Source of the DNA: a virus
DNA length: 64,000 nucleotides
IMG/VR virus record: IMGVR_UViG_3300044637_000586
Span: 2,834 to 66,833 of that record
Reading direction: 5' to 3' (one strand)
In this document: one piece after another, positions 18,786 to 29,400 of the stretch
Layout of the letters: each line of letters starts with the position of its first letter
Position numbering within the stretch: position 1 is the stretch's first letter
Notes under the pieces: generated by a model
Databases searched by the model: none
What the model saw: the letters and a program-made list of their open reading frames with translations, nothing else
Told to the model about the DNA's origin: nothing
Program-made: the position numbers and the translations under genes

Positions 18786-21700
18786 TTACTTGGTTTCGAT
18801 TCCGTATTCTTCTCGCATTTTTTTTACGACTTCCTCCCTTCTTTGATACACCAGCCTGGCCCTGTCGTCATCATTCAGTTCGCCCAATTTTACATCCGGG
18901 AACGCCTTGAGCATCTGGCGTGAAAACTTATCCTTTACCGCCTTGATAGCATCCTGTCTAAATTCTTCCATCTTCTCAACCTTCTTATCATCACTCAGTC
19001 TTTCAAGCTGGCCTTTTCTCTTGTCGATAATGTCGGCTGTCTCAGCGTCTATTATGATTTTTAAAGATGGCTTGAAGTCTTCGCTCATCTCTACTCTTCT
19101 CTTGCCTGGAAGTCCTTCCCATTCTTCCGCGTCAAATCGGGTGTAGGCTTTTGGGAACCATTTCTTTTCCGTAAGACTGTAGTACGGACTCTTCTCAACG
19201 TGGCTTGTTCCGTCCTTCCATACGCTTTCAGGAACCAAGGCTTTAAGTATTGGGTTTGACGGCTTAACGTACACCGGCTGACCAAAGTGATCGTAAACAA
19301 GGCCTCCGTTAGTGTCCATGAAGATGTCTGTAAAGAAGATGTCGGAAACTATGTTGTCTACTACACCTACACGCTTCTCCTGCTGGATTCCTTTCCACGC
19401 CTCGTAGTCTTTTTTGAGGTTTTCCATCAAAGCAGGGGACAAAGATGTCTCTACCCCATCAAGAAGTAGTATCTCTCCTGCTTCTAAATACTTAGCCTCA
19501 CCAAAAGTAAACAGTTTCTTTGTGGCTCTTTTGATAGATGAATAATCGCTTCCGGAGATCTGAGATCCCACTAGACCAACAACTCTGTTGAATGTGATAT
19601 TCTTTTTGTCATCCTTACCAAAGCGAATATCGTTTGACACCTCCCCGAGTATCTTTCCTACTGCACCGGCCCCGAAACCAAGCAACGAAAGACTGATGTT
19701 CTTACCGAATACAGTCACGCTATTGGGCTCTGCTCCTTCGGCTTCCATTTCAGCCTTCTGATTTCCATCATCTGCTGATCCATAGAACTTAATCTGAGAG
19801 TTGGGATCAAGGGTCATTACGGTATCCCCCTCTTCGTCGTCCTCCCAGTCAAACATAGAAGAAATAACTCCCGCCCAAGCCGCAGTAACTATTGCGTTCT
19901 GGATCAGACGGCGGACCTTGTCCTCTCGTGTCATAGGAACTTCGATGTTCTTAGCGCCCACGTATCGTATGTTCTTGCCGTATGCTAATTTAGTCACGGC
20001 AGGCAACACGGGAAGAGCCTTATAAGAATACTCGGCCATGATTACAGACAGTCGCGCAAATCCGAATACAGCATTGAACACTGTTCTAGTGGACGCTGTA
20101 ACGACATTGTCCTTATCCTTGATGGCAAGCTTCTGCGTCAAGCCGTTATATACGAGCGCACCAAGTCTTGACTCCGGCTTTTGAAGCGCCAAAGACTTCT
20201 TAGCCTGGGAAGCCATTTCGTTCACCACTTCACTTGGCATGGCTGCGTGTATCTTCTCCCTCAATCGGCGCTTGGCCCATCCCTTGGGAAGAGCCTCGCC
20301 CATGTTCAATCTTTCTGTCGCCTCTTGAGCTACTTCTTGTTTGAGATCGGCTATTCTTTCCGGGCCTGTTTGCAAGAGCTCGTTCAACTGCTGATTCCAT
20401 ACGGCTGTGCCCTTCTTCATTTTAACACCCGACTCCTTGTTAATCACGTCAAGGTATCTTTCCGCCTCGATGTAGGTGTATATATCTTGGAGCATACCAC
20501 CCATGATTATATCCTGGGCCGACATCATAACCATACTGACTTCCGAAATTGCCGGCATGAACTTTCTCTTGCGGTATCCGGATCCCATGGCATGGCTAAA
20601 CGACTTCAATACAGCCTGGGCTATAAAGTAAGACTTTCTGCCGCCCTTAGCGCTTATGATATCGCTGAGTATCTTATCGTATTCCTTCTTGGTAACGCGA
20701 ACAACAGCTCCGGACGCTTTCTCCTCCGGACGCTCAAGCAGTGTGGTTTCTCCGAATCGAGACTCTGGACGCTGCCACTTTGCAAGCACCGTCTCCCAAC
20801 CCATGGTTGCGCCCTGCTTTTTCATCTTATTGGCAAACTGAATTGCCCTCTTCATCCTTGCGGGGTTCATAGCGAACGTAAACGCACCGTGTTGTATAGT
20901 GGAAACTATCGCTCCCAAACCGGAGGCTATGATGGCTGTCTTAAATAGATCGGACAGGGCGTTGATGTAGAACTGCTCGTTAAACCATCTTGCTACCAAC
21001 GCTGACGTGCTTTCATCGTATTCGTTTAGAATGTCGTTGATGTAGCGGTTGATCTGCTGATACAACTCTTCGCCTGGCTGTAGCTGCTGTAGTCTGTAGA
21101 AATATCCTTGCAGTGCTACTATGTCTCTTGCGGAAACCCCCTTGTACTCGAGAGCTTCCAAAAGAGCGTCTTCAAATTGAGTATCTGAAATCTCGCCCTT
21201 GCCTATTGCCTTGATGATGCTCTTTTTGACGTTATCGGAATCCTTGATCCCCTGCATGATATTGTCAATCTTCGCTTGATTCAGCTCTATCTTTTCTTGA
21301 ACCTTTGATTCAATAAGCGGCTGTACCTCTGCTTGCAAAGCTGATGCGTATGCCGGATCTACCCCAAGGTTTTCAACCAGTCTTTCAGCCAAGCTTTGCA
21401 CCTCCCCGCTAGGATCAGTGTAGTATTCAGAAGCAATGCGAGCAATCTCTGCGTCCATCTCTTCTTTACTTAGTGATTTTGCCACCGCCCGCTTCTCTAC
21501 ATTTCCGATCGGTATCTGCAACAAGTCCGAAACCAATGACTCGATTTCGTTTTTGATGTCCATTTTAGTGGCCGCGTCTGCATTTTCATTGGCGTCCACG
21601 TTGGCCATGGCTATGTTCTTGGCCTTTAAAACTATTGCTTCTACCTGATCTTTGTTGCTGAGAACAGCCTTGAGCCTGTCTTTCGCTTTTATCTTTTGCT

Positions 21701-22961
21701 TACGCTCTCTTGCCGCAATGTAGTCTGGATCATTCTGGAGGATAGTATCGGACAAAATCTTAACCGCTTTTTTAGCAGTACCGGTATCATCGAGCACCCC
21801 TTCAAATGCCTTAGACAGTCTCTTCGTTGCGCTTGCTTCTCGGTTCTTTTTTATCTCTTCGCTGAAATCGCCAATGTTCTCATCGATCACGGCATCAATC
21901 TTAGTTCTCTCGCCTGGGGCCAAGTCTTTGATTTGATTCCATACCCGGTTCTTTATGGCTTTGGCCGAGTATGCTCCTTCTTGTATGTATGACTTTGCAA
22001 GGTTTACAATGTGGGGTGTTATCTCTACTATCAAAGAATCGGAAAGAGACAAAGCCCCTGGAGCACGCTTCTTGGATAATATGTCTCGAATGGCACTTAT
22101 GCTGGCTTCCCTTTGTTTCTTGAACTCAGGCTTAACCGTAACCACCGTAGCTGTCTTCTTGACTTTCGGCATAGCCGAAGTAACAATAGCATCAGCCTCT
22201 TCTTTCGTTATCTTGGCTATTTCACGCAGTTGTGTGATCGCTTCGCCAATGGTCATTTGACCGGACGTAACCTGATTGAGGAATGAGTCTCTTGATTCGT
22301 CTTCCTCAAGTATTCGGTTCATCAATTCTTCAGGCGTAGACATAGCCGACAAAGCCGCGCTTGTCTTACCCGCTTCTGTTGCTGTTTCCGCCTTGGCCTG
22401 GTAGAATTTAGTTGAGTTTTTCTTATCTCCTTTTATGTAGAAATAAGTGGCTATCTTAGTCAGCATCACTTGATACTGATACGATAACCCGGGATTGTCA
22501 ATCTTCTCCTGCTCGGTGGTTTTCAGATAGGCCGTTAAAACATCATTGAATATGTTCTTTTCGTCGGCCTCGTACCTGTCCTTGAGAATATCAAACTTCT
22601 CCGTGGCCAAATTATCCATCGCTCTTTGATCGACAGATATGTACTCATCCACCTTTAAACCCCTTTGCTGGGCAACTCTTCTTCCGTATGCTCTTGTCTT
22701 TACGTCTCCATAAGCCTCACCAAGCCTTGACTTCATGAAGTCAGCCATTTCGCTCTTTGTTTCTTTGGGCTTTTTCTTGGCAGGCGTAGCAGTCTCGGCA
22801 AACGGATTGTCTCCTTTGAGGCTGTCTACATTGATTAATTCATCGGCTATCAATTTCTCCAGACCTCCGTTGTAAAGCATATCCATGTACTGCTCAAAGG
22901 TTTTCTCCTCCGCAGCAGTAGCGCCTGGCATCTTTATAGTTACCTTACAGGGTTTCGCCAT
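18786..22961 (-). CDS. large internal virion (ejection/cargo) protein
   Basis: 1391 aa, alpha-helical, single Cys at residue 5; last gene of the cargo cluster. Confidence 0.65.
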   Translation of the reverse strand: MAKPCKVTIKMPGATAAEEKTFEQYMDMLYNGGLEKLIADELINVDSLKGDNPFAETATPAKKKPKETKSEMADFMKSRLGEAYGDVKTRAYGRRVAQQRGLKVDEYISVDQRAMDNLATEKFDILKDRYEADEKNIFNDVLTAYLKTTEQEKIDNPGLSYQYQVMLTKIATYFYIKGDKKNSTKFYQAKAETATEAGKTSAALSAMSTPEELMNRILEEDESRDSFLNQVTSGQMTIGEAITQLREIAKITKEEADAIVTSAMPKVKKTATVVTVKPEFKKQREASISAIRDILSKKRAPGALSLSDSLIVEITPHIVNLAKSYIQEGAYSAKAIKNRVWNQIKDLAPGERTKIDAVIDENIGDFSEEIKKNREASATKRLSKAFEGVLDDTGTAKKAVKILSDTILQNDPDYIAARERKQKIKAKDRLKAVLSNKDQVEAIVLKAKNIAMANVDANENADAATKMDIKNEIESLVSDLLQIPIGNVEKRAVAKSLSKEEMDAEIARIASEYYTDPSGEVQSLAERLVENLGVDPAYASALQAEVQPLIESKVQEKIELNQAKIDNIMQGIKDSDNVKKSIIKAIGKGEISDTQFEDALLEALEYKGVSARDIVALQGYFYRLQQLQPGEELYQQINRYINDILNEYDESTSALVARWFNEQFYINALSDLFKTAIIASGLGAIVSTIQHGAFTFAMNPARMKRAIQFANKMKKQGATMGWETVLAKWQRPESRFGETTLLERPEEKASGAVVRVTKKEYDKILSDIISAKGGRKSYFIAQAVLKSFSHAMGSGYRKRKFMPAISEVSMVMMSAQDIIMGGMLQDIYTYIEAERYLDVINKESGVKMKKGTAVWNQQLNELLQTGPERIADLKQEVAQEATERLNMGEALPKGWAKRRLREKIHAAMPSEVVNEMASQAKKSLALQKPESRLGALVYNGLTQKLAIKDKDNVVTASTRTVFNAVFGFARLSVIMAEYSYKALPVLPAVTKLAYGKNIRYVGAKNIEVPMTREDKVRRLIQNAIVTAAWAGVISSMFDWEDDEEGDTVMTLDPNSQIKFYGSADDGNQKAEMEAEGAEPNSVTVFGKNISLSLLGFGAGAVGKILGEVSNDIRFGKDDKKNITFNRVVGLVGSQISGSDYSSIKRATKKLFTFGEAKYLEAGEILLLDGVETSLSPALMENLKKDYEAWKGIQQEKRVGVVDNIVSDIFFTDIFMDTNGGLVYDHFGQPVYVKPSNPILKALVPESVWKDGTSHVEKSPYYSLTEKKWFPKAYTRFDAEEWEGLPGKRRVEMSEDFKPSLKIIIDAETADIIDKRKGQLERLSDDKKVEKMEEFRQDAIKAVKDKFSRQMLKAFPDVKLGELNDDDRARLVYQRREEVVKKMREEYGIETK

Positions 22962-23452
22962 TAGAACAGTTTTTCTTCGAGAAGCAATAACTTGAACTTA
23001 TCCTTTCCGTCTACATCCTCAAGCAGGTTGAGCTTGTCGCTGTATTCCGCAACAGACTTGGTCTGTATCAATCGGAATTGCTGTAAGAAGTCAAACGTGC
23101 AAAGATCCATGTTGAAGAGTTTCTTAGACGTCTCTTCATACGCCTCGTACAAATCGTATTCGATCTTGTATGCCTCTTCCAATACCTCGAGAAGTCCGGA
23201 GAAGTCTACCTGCGGCTTGGGTACGGTAGGAAGCGGAACAGTGATGTTCCAGTCTACCAAATACTTTTCAATCTTAGCTGCGTGTTCGAGTTCGTCTTGA
23301 GACTCTGCTGCGAAGAACTCGGCAGCTTTGAAATACCCAACACCCTGGCACCAGTTGCTGGCGGCACGATAGAAGTAAAATGCATCCATCTCGTCCAAAT
23401 GACGTGGGGCTAATAGGTCTACTACACCTTTATCTAAACTATGAGGTTTCAT
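22961..23452 (-). CDS. ferritin (non-heme, FtnA-like)
   Basis: LDEMDAFYFY, ESQDELEH, KIEYD, IQTKS match four-helix ferroxidase ligands. Confidence 0.85.
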   Translation of the reverse strand: MKPHSLDKGVVDLLAPRHLDEMDAFYFYRAASNWCQGVGYFKAAEFFAAESQDELEHAAKIEKYLVDWNITVPLPTVPKPQVDFSGLLEVLEEAYKIEYDLYEAYEETSKKLFNMDLCTFDFLQQFRLIQTKSVAEYSDKLNLLEDVDGKDKFKLLLLEEKLF

Positions 23453-23458
23453 GTTTTA

Positions 23459-26400
23459 TTACGGGCAACCGTCAGTTTTGTTTGTTATCACACCCGCTTC
23501 TTGCAGGCGCTTATTAATCTTTGGAATATTGTCGTAAATATACTTCAGTTTTGGGTCACGCCCCAAAATTTCATCAATAGCATCCCTTGCTCCAGGTGTT
23601 TTATCCTTGAGTTTATAGTAGTTGTCAACCAACTCGCTTATGCTTGATTTGACCCCGGATGGTTTCTCTGCCTTAGGAGTTTTAGCTTTTGGCTGAGCCT
23701 TGGGCTGAACTTTGGGAGTTGCCCCAAATTCATCTTGCAGGATCTCGTCGAATTGCTCTTTAAGCTTAGATGTTAGTCCATTGTACCAATCTTGACCTCC
23801 AACTATGTTGTTTACAGCAACCTGTGGGCTTGTGCCGGACTGAATAGCTTGCTCGACAGCATCCGCTGCATTCTCCATCAAAGACTGAATCTCAGCATTT
23901 GTTCTTGGTGTAGGTTCACGCAGCTCGTTGGGGATCGAGTTAGTTCCGTATTCGGCCTGGGTTTCGTTTAGCTTGTTTTGATCAGCATACGACTCATAAT
24001 AACCTTTGACACCTTCGCTATCGCTATTTACAACTACATAGTCAAGAACTCTTATGCTAGCACTTTGCAACGATCTAGTCATCGGCTTTACGCCAGACTT
24101 GTATTGGTCTTGGTTAGAGTAAAATATAACTCCTGCCGCAGTTGCGGATTCACCAATGAAAGAAACGACTTCCTTATAGTCGAATCCTTTTTTGAAGATA
24201 TAATTACCTATTATCTGCCCGCTGTTGTTCAATAGCAACATACCATGTTTAGGTAGCGCGGTAAAACGAGTCTGCATCAAAAATGTGGATACATCCTGTG
24301 ATCCAGATATAGCCACAACCGGTTCGGACAAGATTTGTTGCTCGTCCATCACCTCGACTTTCAGATTCTTGTTGTATTCTTCTTGATACTCCTTATCTAT
24401 ATTGCGTTTTTTAACGATCGATAAGTCGTATGGCCATGTAAGATGAACATACTCTTTTTTGTATGTATCCATGATGACGTGTTCAACCTCGATGTCAAGA
24501 GGCTGAAGCATTTGTACTACGTCTTCAGTAAGTTTAATATCCGCGTTACTTGCCACCAAGGCTCCCGAAGGATGGTTGTGAACTAAATATACTTTTTTAG
24601 ATTTAAACTTTTTCACACCAGACAAAACAAGTCTTGGATCCACTACAGTGGCAGTCGGACCACCCATGCCCAGGAACTGAATGTGGGCCTTTCCGCTCTT
24701 ATCAACGTGTACAGCGAAGGCGTGCTCAACAGACTTGTCTTCAAGTTTACGCATGATGTGTGCTACATCTTCCGCATCCTTGACCTTGACACTTCCGTTA
24801 AACTTGATTTGCTTGTATTTGTTCCATACAGCCTTTACTGTATTACCGACTCCTCCATCTCGTACACTTTGCCCCCGTACTCCATCTGGCTCACTATACG
24901 GTATATTTCCGCTTTCGGATACAATCGGGCCGGCGGCTGTGTCTGTTCTTGTAAGTCCTTCGTTTGGTCCATCGGTTGTTTTGCTTTTTGTGGTTGTTAC
25001 AAATTTTTCAAAAGCCTCTAAATCTTGCTTAGTTCCAAGCTCAAATGTTTCATTCTTGATATAATAGGCTACCTCATCCATTCCGGAGTCTATGCCGACA
25101 ATAGCATCGGCCTTTTCTATTAAATCAACAATGTCTACGTCTTTTTCTACCCATAAATTTTCTATCTCAACATCTCTTCCAGTATTTTTTATGAGACCTT
25201 CATCCATCTCAATATCATAATCTCTTAGGTCGAGCAAATTCTCCGCGTTTACAACAACGGCTTTTCTTAGTGAGCCAAATGTTCTTGTATAATCTTTGTT
25301 GGGAGTGAAATACTTTCCTTTATCCCCCTGCGAACGATACCCCCTGTAAAGTATTTCTTTTACCTTGCTGTTGGGGAAAATGGTGTTTAGATAACTGGCG
25401 TATTGTTGTAGCGTGCCAATCTTTGATAATCCGGGAACAGAATAATAAAAGTCCTTTACATTTTGCCCCTCGTAACCTGCTTGGGGTTCTTGAGCTTCTT
25501 GCGTAGCTCCTTCAGATGGACTAATGCCATAACCGCCTTGTCTTCCTTGCTCAGGTTGTTCACGTTCAATTTCTTTGTAGAATTTTTCATAATCTTCTAT
25601 TGTTTTTACTTTTTCGTCTTCACTTAATGATTCATAGTATTCAATGAGTTCGTCTTCACTCAAGTTGCCCAAATCATTGTTTCTGATGGCATCTCTCATC
25701 TGTGACTCATACTCGTACTTAGCCGCCTCGTCCATGTCGTTAACCAGCTTGTTACGCATCTCGATGAGCTCGTCCTCCATTTGAGACTTGTTCTCAAAAG
25801 AAGCAAGCACGTCAAGAACCTCGTTGACAGCATCCTGTTCGTCAAGCACGATTCCGCCGAGCTCTGGTAAATCTTCAAGGGCGATCAGATCCACGCTTCG
25901 GCCATTGTCGGAAATAAAACCGACTTTCTTTGCAGCGGCTATTTCAGCTTTGCCGGCAAGTTCGGACTGGCTTGTCATTACCTTTCCGCCCCTCAAGAAA
26001 TAAAGAAGAATACTTGCCCTTAGACCAAGTAATGAGTCCTGGGCCATTGACTTCGCTTCCTTCAGATTGTCGTTACGCTCCTTGTTAAATTTGCGGTCAA
26101 CATCTCTTCTGGCTACGACTTTACCGCTTTCCTTGCTTGTCAGACTGATGTTTCCACCTTTTACATTGACAACTGTGAAGCCAAGCCTTTCCGCCTCGTC
26201 CTTAATTTGACTTAACAGATTAGCACCCATTGGCTTTCTGCTTTTGGGTATCTTGTTGTAACGATTCTTTTTGGTGATGAGCTCGTTTACGGCATCATTT
26301 GTAGTCTTTTTTAAATCAGAAGGAGGGTTCTCTAGGGTTTCCTGTATAAGTTTATCGGCATCATCTACAAGTTTCAATGATCCCGCCTCGTACTCCTCCA

Positions 26401-29400
26401 TGCCTTTCTTGACGAGATACGCCTGTATAGCCAAATCCTCCTCAGACATCTCCATGGGGCTTTCGTACCCCATTCTTTTTAAAACCTCGTCATTGATATG
26501 ATCCCATACCTGCTGTTTATCCGCAAGTATTTTCGATCCCTCTTCTATTTCCCTCTGTTCCACAGAAGATGGCTCTTCTTCGGCTTCTTCAATATCTGTT
26601 TCGGGAGCGAAATCCTTTATTAAAAATCCCCCGTTGTTTTCCGCGTTCCAATCACTCGTTGTGCCATCAGGCGATACTAACTTCCAAATAGATTTACTGG
26701 TATCTTCAATGGTGTATTCTTCGTATCTACCATTGTAGTTTCGATACACTATGTCGCCTTTTCCAAAATTACTTAAACGCTTTCCGTCCTTCTCGCTTGT
26801 CCGGTTAAGCATACTGTCAATTCTAAGGGCAAAGCTCGATGAGGCTCTATACGATTTGAATTTTTCAATTGAGTCAACAAATCCCTCTCCCATGTATTGA
26901 ATCTGGTTCTCAAGAAAATCAGCGACTTCCCTGGTGATTCCCTGCTCCTCAACCATCTTGTTAGCTGCGTACTCATACCCATCCCCGACTAGTGCATCAG
27001 GATTGTTCTTCCTAAACGTGTTGTAGTAATCAAACATTTGTTTGAACAGCCCGTAACTCTTTTCGTAATTCAAAGGTGGTACAGCCTCGAATCCCTCGTA
27101 TACATTTGCGAACTCTTCTATCCTGCCTTGCATGGCATTTTCAGTCAAGTTCTTTACTCTTGTGAAACCTTTTTTGCCAGGGCCTAAAACTTCATAATGA
27201 GGAGCCCAATCGTTTTCCCCTTTAATTATTTCACCTACCTTGAATTGATTGGCGCTTTTAAGTTTTTTCTCCTTGACCGGAGCGGGTGCTGATGGCGCTG
27301 TTTCTTCTTCCGTAGCAACTTTTCCCGCCTCTGGAAAGTATGATATTTCTTTGCCGGTTTCGTTCTTGTACTTATTATCAAAAAAGTTTATCTCCTCGCC
27401 TTCTGGAGTGACGACCCTTGTTCCTCCTCTCTTGTTTTCAAAAAACTCGGTTATTGTGTAGCCGTCATTTGTTTTCCAAGTGGCGAGTTTAAGATCATCA
27501 CGTTGAACACCGTTCTCTTTTTCAGCCCTGTCTATAAGAGCGTTTAGCTCTTTGTTCAAAGAAAAAGCCTCTCTTTCTGAAACCCTCTTACCGCCAAATC
27601 CTTTCTTGAACAGATTCTTGATGTTGGCAAATGGCTTTGCTTTTTGGGCCTGTGCGGGTTTTGTTTCCGTAGGTTCCGCCTCCGTTTCAAACAACGAAGC
27701 TATCTTGCCCTTTCGAGTTGGCTTTTCTTCAACGGGTTTTTCAGCTGGCTTTTCCTCGCCTTTAAACAAACCTGCAAGACGTTCCTTACGGCTTGGCTTG
27801 GCTGGCTCGGTCTTTTCAGGCAGGGCTGCCGGCTTGACTTCTTCAAACTCAGTCTCTATTCCCCCAACATCTTTTCTTGATTGATCAAGAGACTTTCGGT
27901 ATGATTCAAAGTCATATCCCGCAAGGCCGGCCGTGGCCTTTTCGTATTGGGCGGCAAGAGGTAATAACTTTTCAGGCAGCTCTTCTGCGTCAACGATCTC
28001 CCCGGTCTTGTTGTCCGTGATGATTATCTCGTTGTCGTAGTCCCAGTCAATGCTAAATCCATTGTTGCCAAACTCCATTTCAACATTAGCCATCTCATCT
28101 GTTATGGGCTTCATGTTGGCCTCGACTTCTTCCGGGGCGATTTCGGGAACTACTTCCTCTTGTGCTTGAAGAACTCCACTTGCTGGAGCCTCTTCTTTGC
28201 TTGGAGCTTCGACAGGTTTGGCTTCGACAGGTTCTTGCCCGACTCCGACTTCACCTGATACCCGGATTTGGTTTTCTTTATCATATTTTAATGAGTTTAG
28301 GTTTTCAAGCAGTTGTTTTGAATTGCCCTGCTGCCCCTCGCGTATCTGCAACGTCCTTCCGTCTTCCGTAGTGATGTTTACCGATACTATCTTGCCGTTC
28401 TTCTCTGCGTAATTATTAAGCGTAGCGTTCTTCCCGGCGTAGTTAATCGTTGCGCCCTTTTCAAGAGTAGGGGTAATAAGCGTGTTCTGATTCTCGATAT
28501 TCATCTCCCCGACGATTCCTTCGTCAGTCTCGATGCCCATCTCACGGATCTTTTCAGCAACTCCCTCTCCCTTTTCAATGATAACGCTTCTTCCGTTGTT
28601 GTATTCTATCTCGTAATCACCGTCCTCGTTGATAAAGAAACTAGCATACTCGTCACCCACCTTTACTCGCTGAGGTGTGGTAGATGTGCCTACCGACTTA
28701 GCATCAATACCATTTTCACCAAGCATCAGGATCTCTTCGCGCTCGTTCTTCAATCTTTCGATTTGAGCGTTAGTGATAGGGTCTTTAAGACCGCCTTCCT
28801 CCAGGGTTCTTATCTGTTGGGTTATACCGAATGCCCGAGCTTGCTTGGGGCGTGGGAGGTTTTTCCAGTTGGGATGAGCTGATAAAGCTTGGAAGTCTTC
28901 GCGAGGACCTTTCAAGTCCTGTTTCACCTTAGCCACGTCTGCGCTATTGGTTGATGCCGCGATTATGCCATCCGCATTTTCAGCGGCCTCAAGCATAACG
29001 TCTTCCGCAAAGTTGGAGGCTCCTACCGGTCTTCTAAAGAAATTACCCGCCTTACCGCCTATCAAACCACTCAGTGCGGCATCCTTATACCCACGGCCAG
29101 AATTTAAGTCCTTAAAGTATTCGGTTTCACCCAGGTAGTTGATAATCTCTTTGGTGGCATTATCAACCTTTTGCTGAGTAACTTCTTCGCCCGCTTCTTT
29201 CAATCCGGACTTGAGATATGATGCAGAAGATTCCGCAAAAGAATCCCTGAATGCTTGCGATAAACTTTTACCGTTTGCCAAATCATTCAGTACAGACTTT
29301 CTGAAAACGCTAGGCTCAAAGTATTTAACGTCAGGTATCAATCCTTCAGCCAATGACACGGCGATAGCGGTTGCTGTAGAAGCTGCCGCAGCTTGCCTTG

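Noticed and set aside
20181-20948. Long antisense ORFs (e.g. 20181-20948, 48873-49598, 55231-55920)
   Set aside because: They are shadows of real genes on the opposite strand, with unnatural composition and no start context.
25696-26982. Other same-strand alternative-frame ORFs in the giant gene (25696-25878, 26773-26982)
   Set aside because: Poor start context and Ser/Arg/Thr-rich random-looking sequence overlapping structured host-frame regions, unlike the three accepted nested ORFs.
28035-28060. DWDYD in the giant protein as a possible RNA polymerase DxDxD catalytic loop
   Set aside because: It lacks the surrounding double-psi-barrel context and sits in a short acidic segment between linkers.
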